Part shown: in pieces, positions 25,103 through 38,696 of the stretch | Layout: every line of letters begins with the position of its first letter | Numbering within the stretch: the first letter of the stretch is position 1 | NCBI GenBank assembly: GCA_964035545.1 | Contig: OZ037769.1 | Coordinates: 11,562,633-11,626,632, forward strand | Reading direction: 5' to 3' | DNA: 64,000 nt | Source of the DNA: Bugula neritina | Taxonomy: Eukaryota > Animalia > Bryozoa | Program-made: the position numbers and the translations under genes | The notes under the pieces: model-generated | Told to the model about the DNA's origin: nothing | What the model saw: only the letters and a program-made list of their open reading frames with translations | Database searches by the model: none

Positions 25103-28100
25103 CTACTGCTTAGAAACACGTCTACTCCTGACTGCATCAGCGTATGAAAAGATCGAGCAACGTGGTTGGGGTGCGTGATTAAGACTTTGTGCACCCGGCG
25201 GATGAAATTTGTTTCTATTTCCGCCGATACAAAAGTTGATATTTCCGTGGTGTTGACAACTCCCACATTTGCTCGATACTTTTCTCGTACGGTTTTCCCC
25301 TAGACTTTCATACACGCCGCTTTTAACGCAGTCGCATATGAAGTCCTTCAAGTATGCGGGGGGTTGCCTCGTACGCTGTCCCTTTTCTAGGGGGGGTGAC
25401 ACGCTTGCCGGTTCGTTAGTAGGGGCCTCTAATGGCGTCTCTACTTCACCGTTAGCGGTCACCTCTTCTTGTTCTCCGGATGGAGCCCCTCCCTCCGTGG
25501 GGGTTTGCACTTCCGGAACCAGCTCGGTTTCTGGAAGTGATGGAATTAGACTTGGCGGTGGCGGACACGCTTCTGTTGATAAAAGCTGCCGCTCCTCTCT
25601 CACCAAGTTTTCTTCCCGCGGTATGACCACTTCGTATTCAGGTCCATGCCGCCGTCGCCCGCGCGTTGTTGTCTGCCTCCTGGGCTATAACAACGGGGGG
25701 GGGGGGGGGGGCTTCTCCCACTCCGTCGGGGCTAGCCCAATATGGTTTCAAGCGAGACTCATTCTGGATAGACACCTGTCCTGAGCGCTCGATCTTGTAC
25801 GTATGATTGGGCATAGCCTCGACGACCACGTAGGGGGCCTACGAACTTAGGCTTCAGTTTATCAGCCTGTCCGCGACGCCTACGGTAGTTGACCATCCAC
25901 ACCTTATCTCCCGTTTGATAGAGAGGTGGTTCATCGGAATCTTCGTGCCGCACCTTCCACTGCTGTTGGCGCAGTATATCGTGTGCGGCCTTCATCCGTT
26001 CCACTAGTTCACTGGCATACTCATGAACCGAGTTGTTTTGTTCTGGAACGTGATAGGTGAGATGGTCAGGGACACGAGTCTCTCTCCCGAGCATCAAGAG
26101 GTTTGGGGTCTCACCAGTACTGGTGTGTGGGGTGCTACGGTATGCACGCATGACTTGCGGCAACACCGTATCCCATTCCTCTTGACCTCGTCCAAGGAGG
26201 AGACTCCGGAGTGCATCACCTAGCATCCGGTTGTTGCGCTCCACCACCCCGTTACCTTGAGGGTGGTAGGGGGTGGTCCTGCTCTGATTTACTCCCCAGA
26301 GGAGGAAAAAGGTCGCTCATCAGTTGAGACTGGAATTGAGCGCCTTGATCAGAGTGTATCTGTTCGGGGAGCCCAAAATAACAGAATACATGTTGGTCTA
26401 GTGCCCTGGCCACTGTTGGGGCTGATGCATCTGGGATAGCCAGAGCATCCGCCCACCTAGTAAAGTGGTCGGTTAGTACTAGGATCCAATTATTGCCTCT
26501 GGGGGTCAGGGGCATGGGTCCGACCAGGTCTACAGCGACTACTTGCCAGGGCCTACCAGCATATAGCCTCCACCGTCCTGCTTCACCAGGGGGGCGGCTA
26601 TGCTTACTGGCCTGGCAGATCTCGCACTGTTTGACTCTGAGCCGGACGTCACGCTCCATTTGTGGCCAATACCACCGGAGTCGTAATTTGGACATCACTC
26701 TCTTGACCCCTGCGTGGGCCTGTTTGTGAGTATCCCAAATCAACTCGCGGCGGATGGCTGTGGGGCAGACTACCCTCTTCCTTTCCGGGTGTCTGCCGCT
26801 GGCAGCTAGAGAGATGGTTAGTAACCCATCCTGCCCGATCCGCAGCGAGTCCCAACGCTGACAGTATAGCCGGAACTCGGCGCATCCCTGTCGTATGCGT
26901 TCCTCGCTGGGTCGTCGCCCTTCCCTTTTGGCCCGGTATATGTCTGCCACGACTCCAGGCAGCTCTTCTTGGAGCTTCTTCAGCTCTCGAACATTACCGG
27001 CCAGTACAGGGTTGGCGCGGAGGTTTTGTACATCCTCCGGGGACTCATCAACTCTTTGCCTGAGTTGACCTTGGTCCCAGTCGAACGGTGCTCCGTGGTG
27101 AGCCAGCGTCTCCAACTCGCATCGCGGGGGACCTCCATCCCTCCTCTCGATGTTGAGACACTGTTTGCAACCTCCGTCAGGTCGGCGACTCAACCCATCC
27201 GCATTGCTGTGTCTCTTGCCCGGTCGATGTTCGATCCGGTATGAGAATTCAGCTAGGATTTCGAGCCACCGGGCGACCTGACTAGAGGGCTCTGCTCTCT
27301 TGCACAACCAGATCAGCGAGGCATGATCCGTACGCAGCCGGAACTTCCTGCCATATAGGTATGGTCTGAAGTGCTTCACTGACTTGATTACTGCCAGCAG
27401 CTCCTTGCGGGTAGTGCAGTAATTTCGTTCAGCGGGTGAGAGAGACTTGCTGTAGTAGGCTACTACTACCTCTCGGCCTTCCTGCACTTGTGACAGCACA
27501 GCGCCAACATTTTGGTCACTGGCGTCTGTGTCGAGGATGTACTCCAGAGTGGGGTCTGGGTAGGCCAAGATGGGCGCCGTTAGTAGGCAGCCCTTGAGGC
27601 GGTCGAACGCTTCCTGTTCGACTGGGGTCCACTGCCACGTCACTCCCTTTGCGGTGAGCCGGTTTAACGGCTGGGCTATGCCCGCAAAGTCCGGTATGTA
27701 TTGCCTGTAATACCCTACCAGCCCCAAGAAAGCCCGGAGTCCGGTCAAGTCTTGGGGGGTGACCCAGTCTTCTACCGCCCGTACCTTTTCGGGATCCGTT
27801 GCCACGCCGTTTCGACCGACAACGTGCCCCAGGTACTTGACCTCCGGCTGCAATAGAGCGCACTTGGAAGGTTTGAGCTTAAGACCGGCACCTCGGAGTT
27901 TCTCGAAAACCTCCTGCAGACGAATGACATGTGTCTCGAAGTCTGGAGAGATTACGATGACATCATCGAGGTAGACCAGCAGTGTCTTCCAATGGAGTCC
28001 GCTAAGGACTTGTTCCATCAGCCTCTGGAAGGTGGTTGGGGCGGAGGTTAACCCGAAGGGCAGCACCTTCCACTTCCACAAACCGTCCCGTGTGATGAAC

Positions 28101-29746
28101 GCCGCTTTCTCCTGGGCGTCGGGACTCAGAGGAACTTGCCAATAGCCACTTAGCAAGTCTAACGTACTGAAGTACTTGCTGCCGGCTAGGGCGTCCAATG
28201 ACTCGTCAATACGAGGTAGAGGATAAGCGTCCTGTATGGTTACGCTATTGAGCTTGCGGTAATCCACACAGAACCGCCAACTGCCGTCTTTCTTCCGGAC
28301 CAGTACGACTGGCGAGCTCCACGCACTATGGGCGGGCTCTATCAGTCCCCGGTCCAGAAGATCCCGTACTTGTCGGCTAACCTCCTTCTCTTTTTCCGGC
28401 CCCAGCCTGCGTGTGGGCTGCCGGACAGGGACTGTCCCTGCAGTCAGCGGTATTTCGTGCCTGACAACTCCAGTCAGCCCCACGTCATGATCTCCGCTAC
28501 TGAACACATCACCGTAGTCGCGTAGCAACTTCGCCATGGCTTGGCGTTCCTTGTTGCTCGCGCAGCCGCCACTGGCTGTTCCGTATAACTCCCATAGATG
28601 TGTTGGGACTGCCCCTCGTCCCTGAATAGGGCACTGAGGGAGTGCCTCTGTCGCATCACCCAGCGATGGGCCTACGTCTCCCTCCTGAACAGAGTGAAAA
28701 CGGCCCAGCATCGACCCAGCTGGGAGCTTGATAGGCTCGGTAAAGGGGTTGACGCACTGCACTAAGATCTCCCCTTGCTCAGTCAGCTGATTCAGACTGC
28801 TGGCAAGTTGGATCTTTTCGTGCGCGCCTTCAACCACCCCGAGTCCAGAGATCCGGCTATTATTCACCCTGCAGTGAATGGTAGCCCGGGAGCGGCCTGG
28901 TATGATACGGTTGCGTACCACTTGCACACCTCCCACTAAAGGGCGGCCGAACTTGTCGACGCAGGCCAGTTCCCGCCCGGACATCATCATTGCAGATCTG
29001 CTAAAATCTATGTGACATCCGTGCCGTTTAAGGAACGGCATCCCGAGGATAGCATCCTCCTTGAGCTGACTGACGATGAAAGTCTCTTGGATCGTTTGAT
29101 CGCGGACTCGTCCCGTCAGCTCAATTATACCATAGAAGGGAAGGCACGACCCGTCAGCTAGGGTGCCGTATTCCTCTTCGTATGATTCCATCTCGCCCCT
29201 GACCCTAGCACTGAGGGTGTCGAAGCGTTCGCGGCTTAAGAGGTTTGTGGTACAGCCCGAATCAATGAGGAAAGTAACAGCTTTGCCTTCCAGTTTACCG
29301 GGCAAGAAATAGCTGTTCCCATGGGGCTGCACCTGAACTCTCTCTTCAGGCCCTACTCTCGCAGGGAGTACCTCCCTCGCTTTGGGTCGCGAAGGAGGTC
29401 TCTTGGGGCGGTGGTAGGTAGGCCTCGGGGGTGCCGAGGTTAGATCCCCGGCTACCTTTGTGGGTTCCCATCCAGATTCTTGGACTCGTAGCCCTGTGAA
29501 TCTGTTGTGAAGGGGCATAGAAAAGGCAGCCGCGGGGCGAAGCCCCTTGCTGGTCCGTCGTGGCTGTTGCCACTGTTGGTTGCCAGTACGCGGTACCCGT
29601 CTGGGTGACCTGCGTTTCTTCTTCCCTGGGGGTTTCATCGTCGGCCCGCAGGAGGTGGGAACATCTGCGGGCCGCGGTAGTTTAACCCCTGATTTAGGAA
29701 GGGACAATATCGGCGGAAATGCCCTTGATTTCCGCACTCCCAGCAA
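25103..29746 (-). CDS. pol: Gypsy B pol (PR-RT-RH-IN), broken by frameshifts in the integrase (~26305, ~25835, ~25700)
   Basis: ORFs 26252..29746, 25759..26247, 25638..25829 and 25103..25630 are consecutive pieces collinear with element A pol. The breaks fall at or near homopolymer runs. Confidence 0.9.
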
Positions 29747-30588
29747 AAACTGACCGTTTCTCTCTGTGGCGGCGCCGATGGCCGCATGGGCTCAGGGGCG
29801 GTACTCACTGGGTTTTGTGGTGTCAGTGTTGCTATCAGTTTGGCTAGCATGTCTGTCAGTTGAGTGACTTTCGATGCCGTCGCCAACTGGGACACGGCAG
29901 CCGCGGCGGGGGTTTCCTCCCCTTGTCCCGCGGCCGTGTCTGCGCGGTCTATCTCCACTTGACAGGAGCTTCCGCGACTTTTATGCATTTGATTAGCTAG
30001 GAGGTAAGCTTCCCCCTCAGTCAGAGCATCTTCAACGGTGGTGACTCCCCTAGCTAGAAACTGATGGTGGAGACCCAGATCGTCGACAGATGCTATGAAA
30101 GCGTCGAGGGTATACCTCTCGCGGTTGACTGGGGGCAAGTCGCTGTACGCGATCTGTGCCAGCTTCATGACCGCGGCGGCATGCTCCCGCAACGGAGTGC
30201 GGGGATCACGCCGCAACCTTTGTAATCGGGCCCTGGCATCTGTAGCAGAGAGGCCGAAGCGGGCCCGCAGAGAAGCAAAGATATTATCAATGTCTACGCC
30301 CAGCCCATAAGGCTTGGCTTTGTCCATCAATGCCATTCTAAGCTTCAGCAAGGCCACCCTAGGGGGCCACTGGGCGACGTCCATTACGTCGCTAAACTCT
30401 TGGATAAATTGTTCCACCTCCTCTTCACCCGTGAAGGTGGGCGCCTTTAACCTGTAGCGGTCCTCAGCTAGTTCTCGCGGAACCCTTCGCTCTTCTACTA
30501 CATGGTTAACAGGCATTGTCTCTACAGCATTGTCTCTACGCTCACCTTCTATTGCCGGTGGTTGAGTTCCAGCATTCTCAGTCTCCAT
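29635..30588 (-). CDS. gag: Gypsy B gag with CCHC zinc knuckle
   Basis: 317 aa ORF next to the PBS with CWECGNQGHFRRYC. Overlaps the pol frame near GLNY, consistent with ribosomal frameshifting. Confidence 0.9.
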   Translation of the reverse strand: METENAGTQPPAIEGERRDNAVETMPVNHVVEERRVPRELAEDRYRLKAPTFTGEEEVEQFIQEFSDVMDVAQWPPRVALLKLRMALMDKAKPYGLGVDIDNIFASLRARFGLSATDARARLQRLRRDPRTPLREHAAAVMKLAQIAYSDLPPVNRERYTLDAFIASVDDLGLHHQFLARGVTTVEDALTEGEAYLLANQMHKSRGSSCQVEIDRADTAAGQGEETPAAAAVSQLATASKVTQLTDMLAKLIATLTPQNPVSTAPEPMRPSAPPQRETVSFCWECGNQGHFRRYCPFLNQGLNYRGPQMFPPPAGRR

Positions 30589-31128
30589 CTTGGATGCACT
30601 ATCCCACCGCTGCCACCACTGTTATAATTTTCAGATTTAGGGTTGATGTGCTATCCAGAGAGTCTATTTATTTGCTATAGAACTGCACCAGGATAAGTCG
30701 AGTGAACGAGTATATTTTACACACAATTATACATTATAAAAACGATACATTATATTCAAACAAGTTACACATCTAATCTATTTCACACTCTAGCTTCGAC
30801 TGAGTTAGCAGCGGGAAACTACAATTGCTGCTAACTATCAACTACGCTAATTGGCTATCCATTGTTCCGGGTCAATTACGCGACCCTACATGTTGTGCTG
30901 CTGGTAGTTCCACGAACCACCACAATATAACATCCAAAATCAAAAGTGCATATAAAATCTTTGGCTGTATATAATAAGGTAAAAACTTGCACCGTTAATA
31001 ATGGCACAAGTAGCTAAGTAGGTAAAAATTGCACATTTTCAATACTAGGGCTTGGAGTGAGCTTTGGGCATTTGGACTGGGGAGGGGGGAACTAGGTTTG
31101 GGAATGGGGGTTTGAGGTTGGGGTTTAA

Positions 31129-31897
31129 AGGATTGCTCTATCTTAGTTTATTACAATCACATTATACTTATGAACTATAATCTAATGTGTATGCAAACAA
31201 TTGTGACTTTGCAAAGCGATATATGCCTAGAAAACAGCTTTTCAAAATTCCAATTTTGAGGGAGGTAAAATTTTCAGCCATGAAAAAGAATAGCCTAATA
31301 CGTGACGTGTGAACGCCAGTAACTATGCTGCACGTGCTAACTATAACGCTAGTATTCAAGGTTGCTGAGCACAATATCAACCAATAACGCTCAAGCAGTT
31401 ACAGTGCGCTATATAGGTCAACTTTGGTGCGCCCGTAATATTGCACAATCTGACCTAGTTTAGATCGATCGCAGGCATTCATCCTAAAGAATGCATGCTT
31501 TTGCAATGCTTTTTTCTAATGGTTACAAGCAAAATATAGCCTAATGTTATTACATACATGTTATTTAAAATGTCAAAAAACTATAGATTAAGATAATTCA
31601 CATTTGCACTTCTATAAATATACAAATTACGAGCTGAAAGATCACATCTCACAGTCATATTTCTATAGTTATTCATTTGTATAGTCACGTGACCAGCAGG
31701 AATGCTGGCGCTGTTACGTCACAGTTCCCAGCTCATTTCAAAATCGGCGTTTTGGCTGTTACCAATCTACACCCTCAACTTCAACTAACTTTTTCTACCT
31801 CTGGTCAAATGCTTTTTGTCAATGCATGCTTAGAAAAACACAATATTTTGTGTGTTTGACCTAAATGGCCATTTATTAGACAAGATAGAGCAATCCT
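31129..31897. mobile_element. MITE with TTAA target duplication (Kolobok-like)
   Basis: TIR AGGATTGCTCTATCTT / AAGATAGAGCAATCCT, with TTAA at 31125-31128 and 31898-31901. Confidence 0.7.
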
Positions 31898-32584
31898 TTA
31901 AGGGTTGAGGGTTTGAGAAAATTTAACATCAGTTTGCCATTTTTACCTGCTTTCCATTGGTACCATTATTACTGTGCCGTTATTCCCTGTGCCACTTTTA
32001 CCTAGAATAATAAAATACACCCTAACTCACCGAAAGAGAAGACAATTTCTTGCAGATCTACTGGTCCTTGCTGATTACTCCCTGAATACGGTGATACCCT
32101 TTGGGACCCAACTGAGATAACACTTGTGATGCTATTGAGCATGTGCAATCTCAAACAGTTCGCCTTATCATAAAAATCAAGTTTAGGTGTGGAGTAATTG
32201 AAGGCCGAATGCAACCAGAGCTTAAACCACTAAAAGAAAGATGAAAGTCACACAGGTTGTCATTAATGATGAGAATACTCTTAGATGAAACCAGGCATCA
32301 AACCCTGTTATATCGGGAGATGGAGTTTATAGCTATTGCAACTCACCGAATAATATCATTGGGTTGTAGCCTTCAGGTGAGCTCGAGTTCAGCATACAGG
32401 CACGGATCGCTTGGCTTGGCTGCAAGGTGACTCCAGTTCCCGTCACTCTGTAGGGGTATTTGTTTGTAGGGGTATTGTCGAGTCTCTGGATTGGGGTATT
32501 TGTCTGTGTGCTCCGCCGTCGACTTCTTGGGCTAGCACTCACCCATATAGCTTAATGCATTCTGCACAATCTTCAATCTCTTCA

Positions 32585-32588
<4 letters not shown>

Positions 32589-32675
<87 letters not shown>

Positions 32676-32800
32676 CCTCTCTCTCTTCCCCTCTCTCTCT
32701 CTCTCTCCCCTCTTCCCCTCTCTTTTTCTCCCTCCCTCCCTCTCTCTCTCCCTCCCTTCCCCCCCCCTCTCTCTCTCTCTCCCTCTCTCCCTCTTTCTCT
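32589..32800. repeat. (CT)n microsatellite and pyrimidine tract
   Basis: About 40 perfect CT units followed by degenerate CT/CCCT. Confidence 0.97.
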
Positions 32801-33500
32801 CATACACAATCCCTTTTATACTTTTCATTTTCATTCAAGCCACACATACACCACACTCACCAATATTTTATAACTATATTGCTGCAGATCGTCAAACTCT
32901 GCTTTTTAGACAAGCAGAGATACGAATTGAAAGTAGTTATAATTTTAATCATTAATGATTATGTAATCCAAATTATAAAAAGTAAAGTCAAGCTGTTGCA
33001 ATACTAAATGTCTAATATATGTATCTATGTAATAATTCTTCCAATTATTATTATTGAGAGTGGATTCTGTATCTGCAATGGTGCCTTATTCGATTAACAG
33101 TTCAAAGCAATTACTCAGCTGCTAGCGTAATAAAAGAACTATATTTGTTATAAAATATCCATAAAATATAAGAGAGAGACACATCCAGTATCTAAGTTAC
33201 ATTTACCGTCTAGTTAGAACCTACTACATTCATCAACATACTACTCCTAACTAATTACTCAGTTCTCTGTAAGCATTCTGCTCCGCAGGGGGTAGTCACG
33301 TGCTTCAATGTCATTGGCTATTCTACACGTGAACGACGTGTACGCTTCGCTAACCACTACACCGCCCCCTCCAGCAGAGAGCCCACTTCCTGTCAAAAAA
33401 TCAAACTGGGGAAAGAAGCGTACCACACACACAAAAATCGATATATATATATATATAAAATATACAAAGCATTTCCGATTCTAAAAACTATACCAAAAAC

Positions 33501-33506
<6 letters not shown>

Positions 33507-33546
<40 letters not shown>
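33507..33546. repeat. (TA)n microsatellite
   Basis: About 20 TA units. Confidence 0.9.
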
Positions 33547-33553
<7 letters not shown>

Positions 33554-33661
33554 AACATGCAGGCGATTGTCCATATTTGCACCATATATACAACAGTTAT
33601 AAGCGTATACAGCTTAATGGTCATCAGGTTGTCTTTCCAGGACGAGATAGTTTGTAGAGGA

Positions 33662-34410
33662 CACAGGATAGTCAAGGGCAACCTTTTAGCTGCAACTGCC
33701 TTGCTGAAGTTTGCATTGTAATCATATAAGAATTCAGTACTAGTGAAATAAAATCTCACCTAATTGTGCTAGAGTCAAAATTTTAAAACTATGTTGTAGA
33801 TCTTCTTTTTCCCCAGTGTAAGATTTTTGGAAATTTCAATTTTCATTTTTTTTGCAAAGTTATAGACAAAAAACTGCCCAATCTCGGCCAATTTTGCCTG
33901 AAAAGCTGACTTTTCAGTACCAGTAAAATATTTCAGCAGCAAAACATGATATCTGAATAAAAATTGCACTGTTGGAATCCTGAGATATTTCTCCAGCGCA
34001 AGTTTTTTCCAATAACTCTTCTAGATTGTTTATAAATTGGTGATTTATACACTGAAAATGCTATATTTTTTCATAGATAATTAGCAGCGCGCAGCACTTC
34101 ACGCTTCAATGAGCACATAGGGATGAGAAGATATTGGCGCGTACATACTAAGTACAGGCTTGCTAGCTGGCAGGCTATAATGAATAGCTTGCTTTGTACT
34201 TTGTTTATGTAGCACCCATAATGGAATGTTGATAGATAACGCAGCCCTAATGAGGGTTGCTGCCTATTGGTTGTAGTTTGATCTTAGGCTAAACAATTGC
34301 AAGTAGGCAACACGCATGCCACCCGCAGAGCAATGTTATTCAAGAATCTGAACTACATTTTGAGAGAAATTTATGATATTCTTAGTGAGGATGCCCTTAA
34401 CTATCCTGTG
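33662..34410. mobile_element. ~750-bp MITE, copy a (CAC...GTG termini)
   Basis: TIR CACAGGATAGTCAAGGGCA / TGCCCTTAACTATCCTGTG; highly similar to 38697-39451. Confidence 0.8.
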
Positions 34411-34559
34411 GAGGGGTGCTACTGGCGAGGAATGCCACACAGACGTCATAGCGGGAGAGAGCACGGGGAATCACACAGATCGGGAATGTCCCTTGGAACG
34501 GAGTAGAGGCACAGTCTTATTCTTGAGCAGCCCGTATGAGCTGAGCAATAGACTCCTTT

Positions 34560-35200
34560 AGAGACCGCAACTCGCTTGCTGCAGCCGAGATCCTTGGGGC
34601 GAGTCGATGTACTTTGCGCTCTAATTCACTAGCCCGGAGCTCCACTTCACGTAAGTTACCGGCCAAGGATGAAGGACGAGGAGAAGAGGAGTGCCACTGT
34701 CACTTACGGTCTGAGGAAGGAGGAGGGGAGGACGAGCGTTTGTGGGGTCTCGTCTCGATGCGTTGCAGTAAGACTCGGGGAAGAGACTTAATAGGAGGTA
34801 TAGGTTCATCTGGATAGCGTTTCACATTTGGCTTCCGGTATCCGGGGGGGGGGGGGAGGGGGGTTTAGTGGTAGGGCCAGGGGTGATGGGTCTGGGAACT
34901 AGAAATCCCTGTGAGAGACGCTCGAGTTGAGCTGGATTGGAGACGAAAGGCTGTATCAGGCTGAAGAACTTGGGATAAGATGCCTCATCCACATCATATA
35001 AGTTTTCCTTGAAACAATTCATCGTCCTCTGATGGCGAAGTATGTAGTCCCTGTGGTAGCTGAACTCTCCACAGGGACAAAAGGTGGTGACAAAGTGTTG
35101 CGGAATATGTACCCGCAGCCTGCGGTGGGTTGTAAAGTGCTGCTGACAGAGTCGACACGTGGTGCTGTCTTCATCACCCCGGTGTTGGAGGATTTCTTTC
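34560..35200 (-). pseudogene. Gypsy C extra double zinc-finger ORF remnant
   Basis: Minus-strand translation CRLCQQHFTTHRRLRVHIPQH...FCPCGEFSYHRDYILRHQRTMNCFKENLYDVDEASYPKFFSLIQPFV. Confidence 0.7.
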
Positions 35201-38200
35201 TCCGTCTCTGGCGTCGTCTAGCACGTCTTTGACTTCAGTGCGTGTGGCAGTGTACGACTGGATTGAGTAGGTAGTTTGGGCTCAGGATTCCACATCATTT
35301 CTAAAGATGGCATCCCCGGAGGAGTGGGGGAACAAGTGTCATATAAAAGAGTATAATTATTGTTAGATCGCGGCTGACCTTTACAACATAATTCTAGTGA
35401 GGATCGACTGTTACTAGTCTGAGGGTCACAAATTTTTTTATAAGGCACTTGAGAAACCGTGTTCGGACAGATAGACTGACTAAGAATCATAGCGTCCAGC
35501 TCTAGATCTAAAAGATTGTCGGCCATTACTATGTCCCCGTCGTCATTCACATTAAACACCATCTCCAGTAATTCTGATTTGATCAGATTGATTAACTCAG
35601 AATTAGCTGGCAACAGACCCGTTTCCATAGATAGGAATACTAGATCTAGGCAGGCTTACCTTGAAACTCGGTATTTAGAGACATACTCAACGTTCGAGTA
35701 TCTGTGTATGAGGTTTGAGAACACGTCTGCCTTTGGCGATGTCGACGTAGGAAAAGGCCGGGCAGCGTGTTCGCTGCACGTGACTAGGACTTTTTGCCTG
35801 GAGCGTATTAATTTCGCCCACTACTCTGCCCTCATAAAAGTTGAATTTTACATTGGGTCAACAACTCCCACAATTTACTGACAGTTTTTCCGTATGGCCT
35901 TCCGCTGGGCTTACATACTTGCCGCTTTGAACGCAGTCACATATGAAGTCTTTCAAGTATGCTGGGGGTTGTCTGGTACGCTGTCCTTGTTCCAGAAGAG
36001 GTGATGCACTCGCCGGTGGACTATTGAGCCCCACTGGTGGAGCTTCCGGTTCCCCAGTAACTATTTCTTCTCTAATTTCTCCAGATGGAGCCCCTTTCTT
36101 CGTAGGGGTTTGCACTTCCGGATCTCGCTCGGGTTCCGAAAGGGATGGTGTCAGGCCTGGCGCCGGAAACGGCGGACGCACTTCTGCTGGTAGAAGCGGT
36201 CGCTCATCTCTTCCCAGGTCCTTTTCCCGCGGCACGACCACCTCATACTTGGGTTCATGCCGCGGTCGCCCACGCGTTGTGGCCTGCCTCCGGGGCTCCA
36301 ACAACGGGGGAGGGGGGCTTCTCCCACCGCATCAAGGCTAGCCCAATATGGCTTCAAGCGAGCCTCATTCTGGATAGACACCTGTCCTGAGCGCTCGATT
36401 TTGTAGGTATGGTTGGGCATCACCTCTACTACTACGTACGGTCCCACGAACTTAGGCTGTAACTTAGCCGCCTCTCCGTGACACCTACGGTGGTTGACCA
36501 TTCACACCCAGTCTCCTGTCTGGTGGAGGGGTGGCTCATCGGAGTCTTCACGCCGCACTTGCCACTGCTTTTCTCGCAGCATTTCGTGTTCGACCTTCAT
36601 CCGCTCTACCAGTTCACTGACGTACTCGTGAACTGAGCTGTCCTGCTTGGGAACGTGGTAGGTAAGGTGGTCAAGAACCCGAGTCTTTCGACCGAGCATT
36701 AGGAGGTTGGGTGTCTTACCAGTGCTGGTGTGTGGCATGCTGCGGTAAACCCGCATGACCTGCGGCAGTATCGTATCCCATTCCTCTTGACTACGCCCGA
36801 GAAGTAGATTCCGGAGCGCATCACCTAGCATCCGGTTGTTGTGCTCCACTACCTCGTTACCTTGTGGGTGGTAGGGGGTGGCACTGCTCTGATTTACTCC
36901 CCAGAGGCGGCAGACGACACTCATCAGTTAAGACAAGAAATGAGCACCTTGTTCAGAATGTATTTGTTCTCGAAGGTCGAAGTAACAGAATACATGTTGG
37001 TCCAGCATCCTGGCCACTGTCGAAGCCAATGCGTTTGGGATAGCCAGGGCGTCGGCCCACATAGTAAAGTGGTCGGTTAATACTAGGATTCAGCTGTTGC
37101 CTCTGGGGGTTGGGGGTATGGGTCCGACCAGGTCGACAGCTACCACTTGCCATGGCCGTTCAGCATATAACCTCCGTCGTCCCACTTCACCAGGGAGACG
37201 ACCATGCTTGCTGGTCTGACATATCTCACACTGTCTTACTTTGAGTCGTACGTCACGCCCCATCTTGGGCCAGTACCACTGGAGTTGTAGTTTGGAGATC
37301 ACCCTCTGCACTCCTGCTTGAGCCTGTTTGTGGGTGTCCCAAATTATCTCACGGCGTATGGCAGCAAGGCAGACCGTTGGCGGCTAGAGTAATGGTCAGT
37401 AGACCATCTTGCCCAATCTGCAGCGAGTCCCATCGCTGGCAGAACAGCCGGAACTCGGCACATCCCTGCCTCAGTTGTTCCTGGCTGGGTCGTCACCTTT
37501 CCTTTTTGACCCGATACACGTCTGCCACCACTCCTGGGAAACTTTCCTGGAGCTTCCTCAGCTCTTTGACGTTATCGGCCAAAACAAGGTTGGCGCGAAG
37601 GTGTTGCACCGTCTCCGAATACTTGTCAGCCGTCGGCTTGAGTTGACCCTGGTCCCAGTCATACTCTGCTCCCGGGTGAGCCAGTGTCTCTAACTCGGAT
37701 CGCGAGGGACCTCCATCCTCTTTTCAATGTTGAGACACTGCTTACACCCTCTGTCCGGCCGCTGGCTCAGTCTATCTGCATTCCCGTGTTTCTTACCCGG
37801 TCGATGTTCGATCCGGTAAGAAAACTCAGCTAGAGTCTCGAGCCACTGGGTGACCTGGTTGGACGGTTCTGCTCTCTTACACAACCAGATCAATGAGGCG
37901 TGGTTCCTATGCAGCCGGAACCTTCTGCCGTACAGATAAGGTCGGAAGTGTTTCACCGACTTGATTACTGCCAGCAACTATTTTCGGGTGGTGCAGTAAT
38001 TTTGTTCAGTGGGTAAGAGAGAATTGCTGTAGTAAGCTACTACTACTTCTCGGCCTTCCTGCACTTGTGACAGCACAGCGCCAATATTCTGTCACTGGCA
38101 TCCGTGTTCAGGATACATTCCAGAGCGGGGTCCGGGTATGCCAAGACGGGCGCCGCCAGCAGGCAACCGTTGAGGCGGTTGAACGCCTGTTGTTCGACCG

Positions 38201-38696
38201 GAGACGACTGCCACGCTACCACCTCTGCGGTGAGCCGGTTAAACCGCTGCGCTATCCCCTCAAAGTCTGGTATGTATTGCCAGTAATACCCTGCCAGGCC
38301 CAGGAATGCCCGTAGTCCGGTCAAATCCTGGAGGGTAGCTCAGTCCTTCACTGCTTGCACCTTTTCAGGATCCGTAGCCACACTGTTTCGACGGCGACGT
38401 GCCCCAGGTACTTTACCTCCGGCTGCAACAGAGCGCACTTGGAGGGCTTTAGCTTTAGACCGGCACCCCCGAGTCTTTCGTAAACCTCCCTCTGACGACT
38501 GACGTGTGTCTTAAAGTCTGGAGAGATTACGATGACGTCATCGAGGTAGATCAACAGTGTCTTCCATTTAAGTCCGCTAAAGACCTGTTCCATCAACCTC
38601 TGGAAGGTGGCTGGGGCGGAGATCAACTTGACGGCGACACCTTCCACTTCCATAGCTCGTCCTGCGGTCCAGAAGATCCCGGACTTGTCGGCTGAC

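Larger units (their letters stand above)
23407..30924 (-). mobile_element. Full-length young Ty3/Gypsy LTR retrotransposon B
   Basis: 305-bp LTRs at 23407-23711 and 30620-30924 (one mismatch seen), TSD ATAT. PBS TGGTGGCAGCGGTGGGAT at ~30601-30618 is complementary to the tRNA-Leu 3' end. PPT complement CCGCCCCCACC at 23712. Confidence 0.95.

Noticed and set aside
30601-30618. tRNA-Leu-like sequence
   Set aside because: Only the 18-nt 3' end is present, adjacent to an LTR. It is a primer-binding site, not a tRNA gene.
32411-33007. ORFs with SLSLSL / ERERER runs
   Set aside because: Translations of the (CT)n microsatellite.
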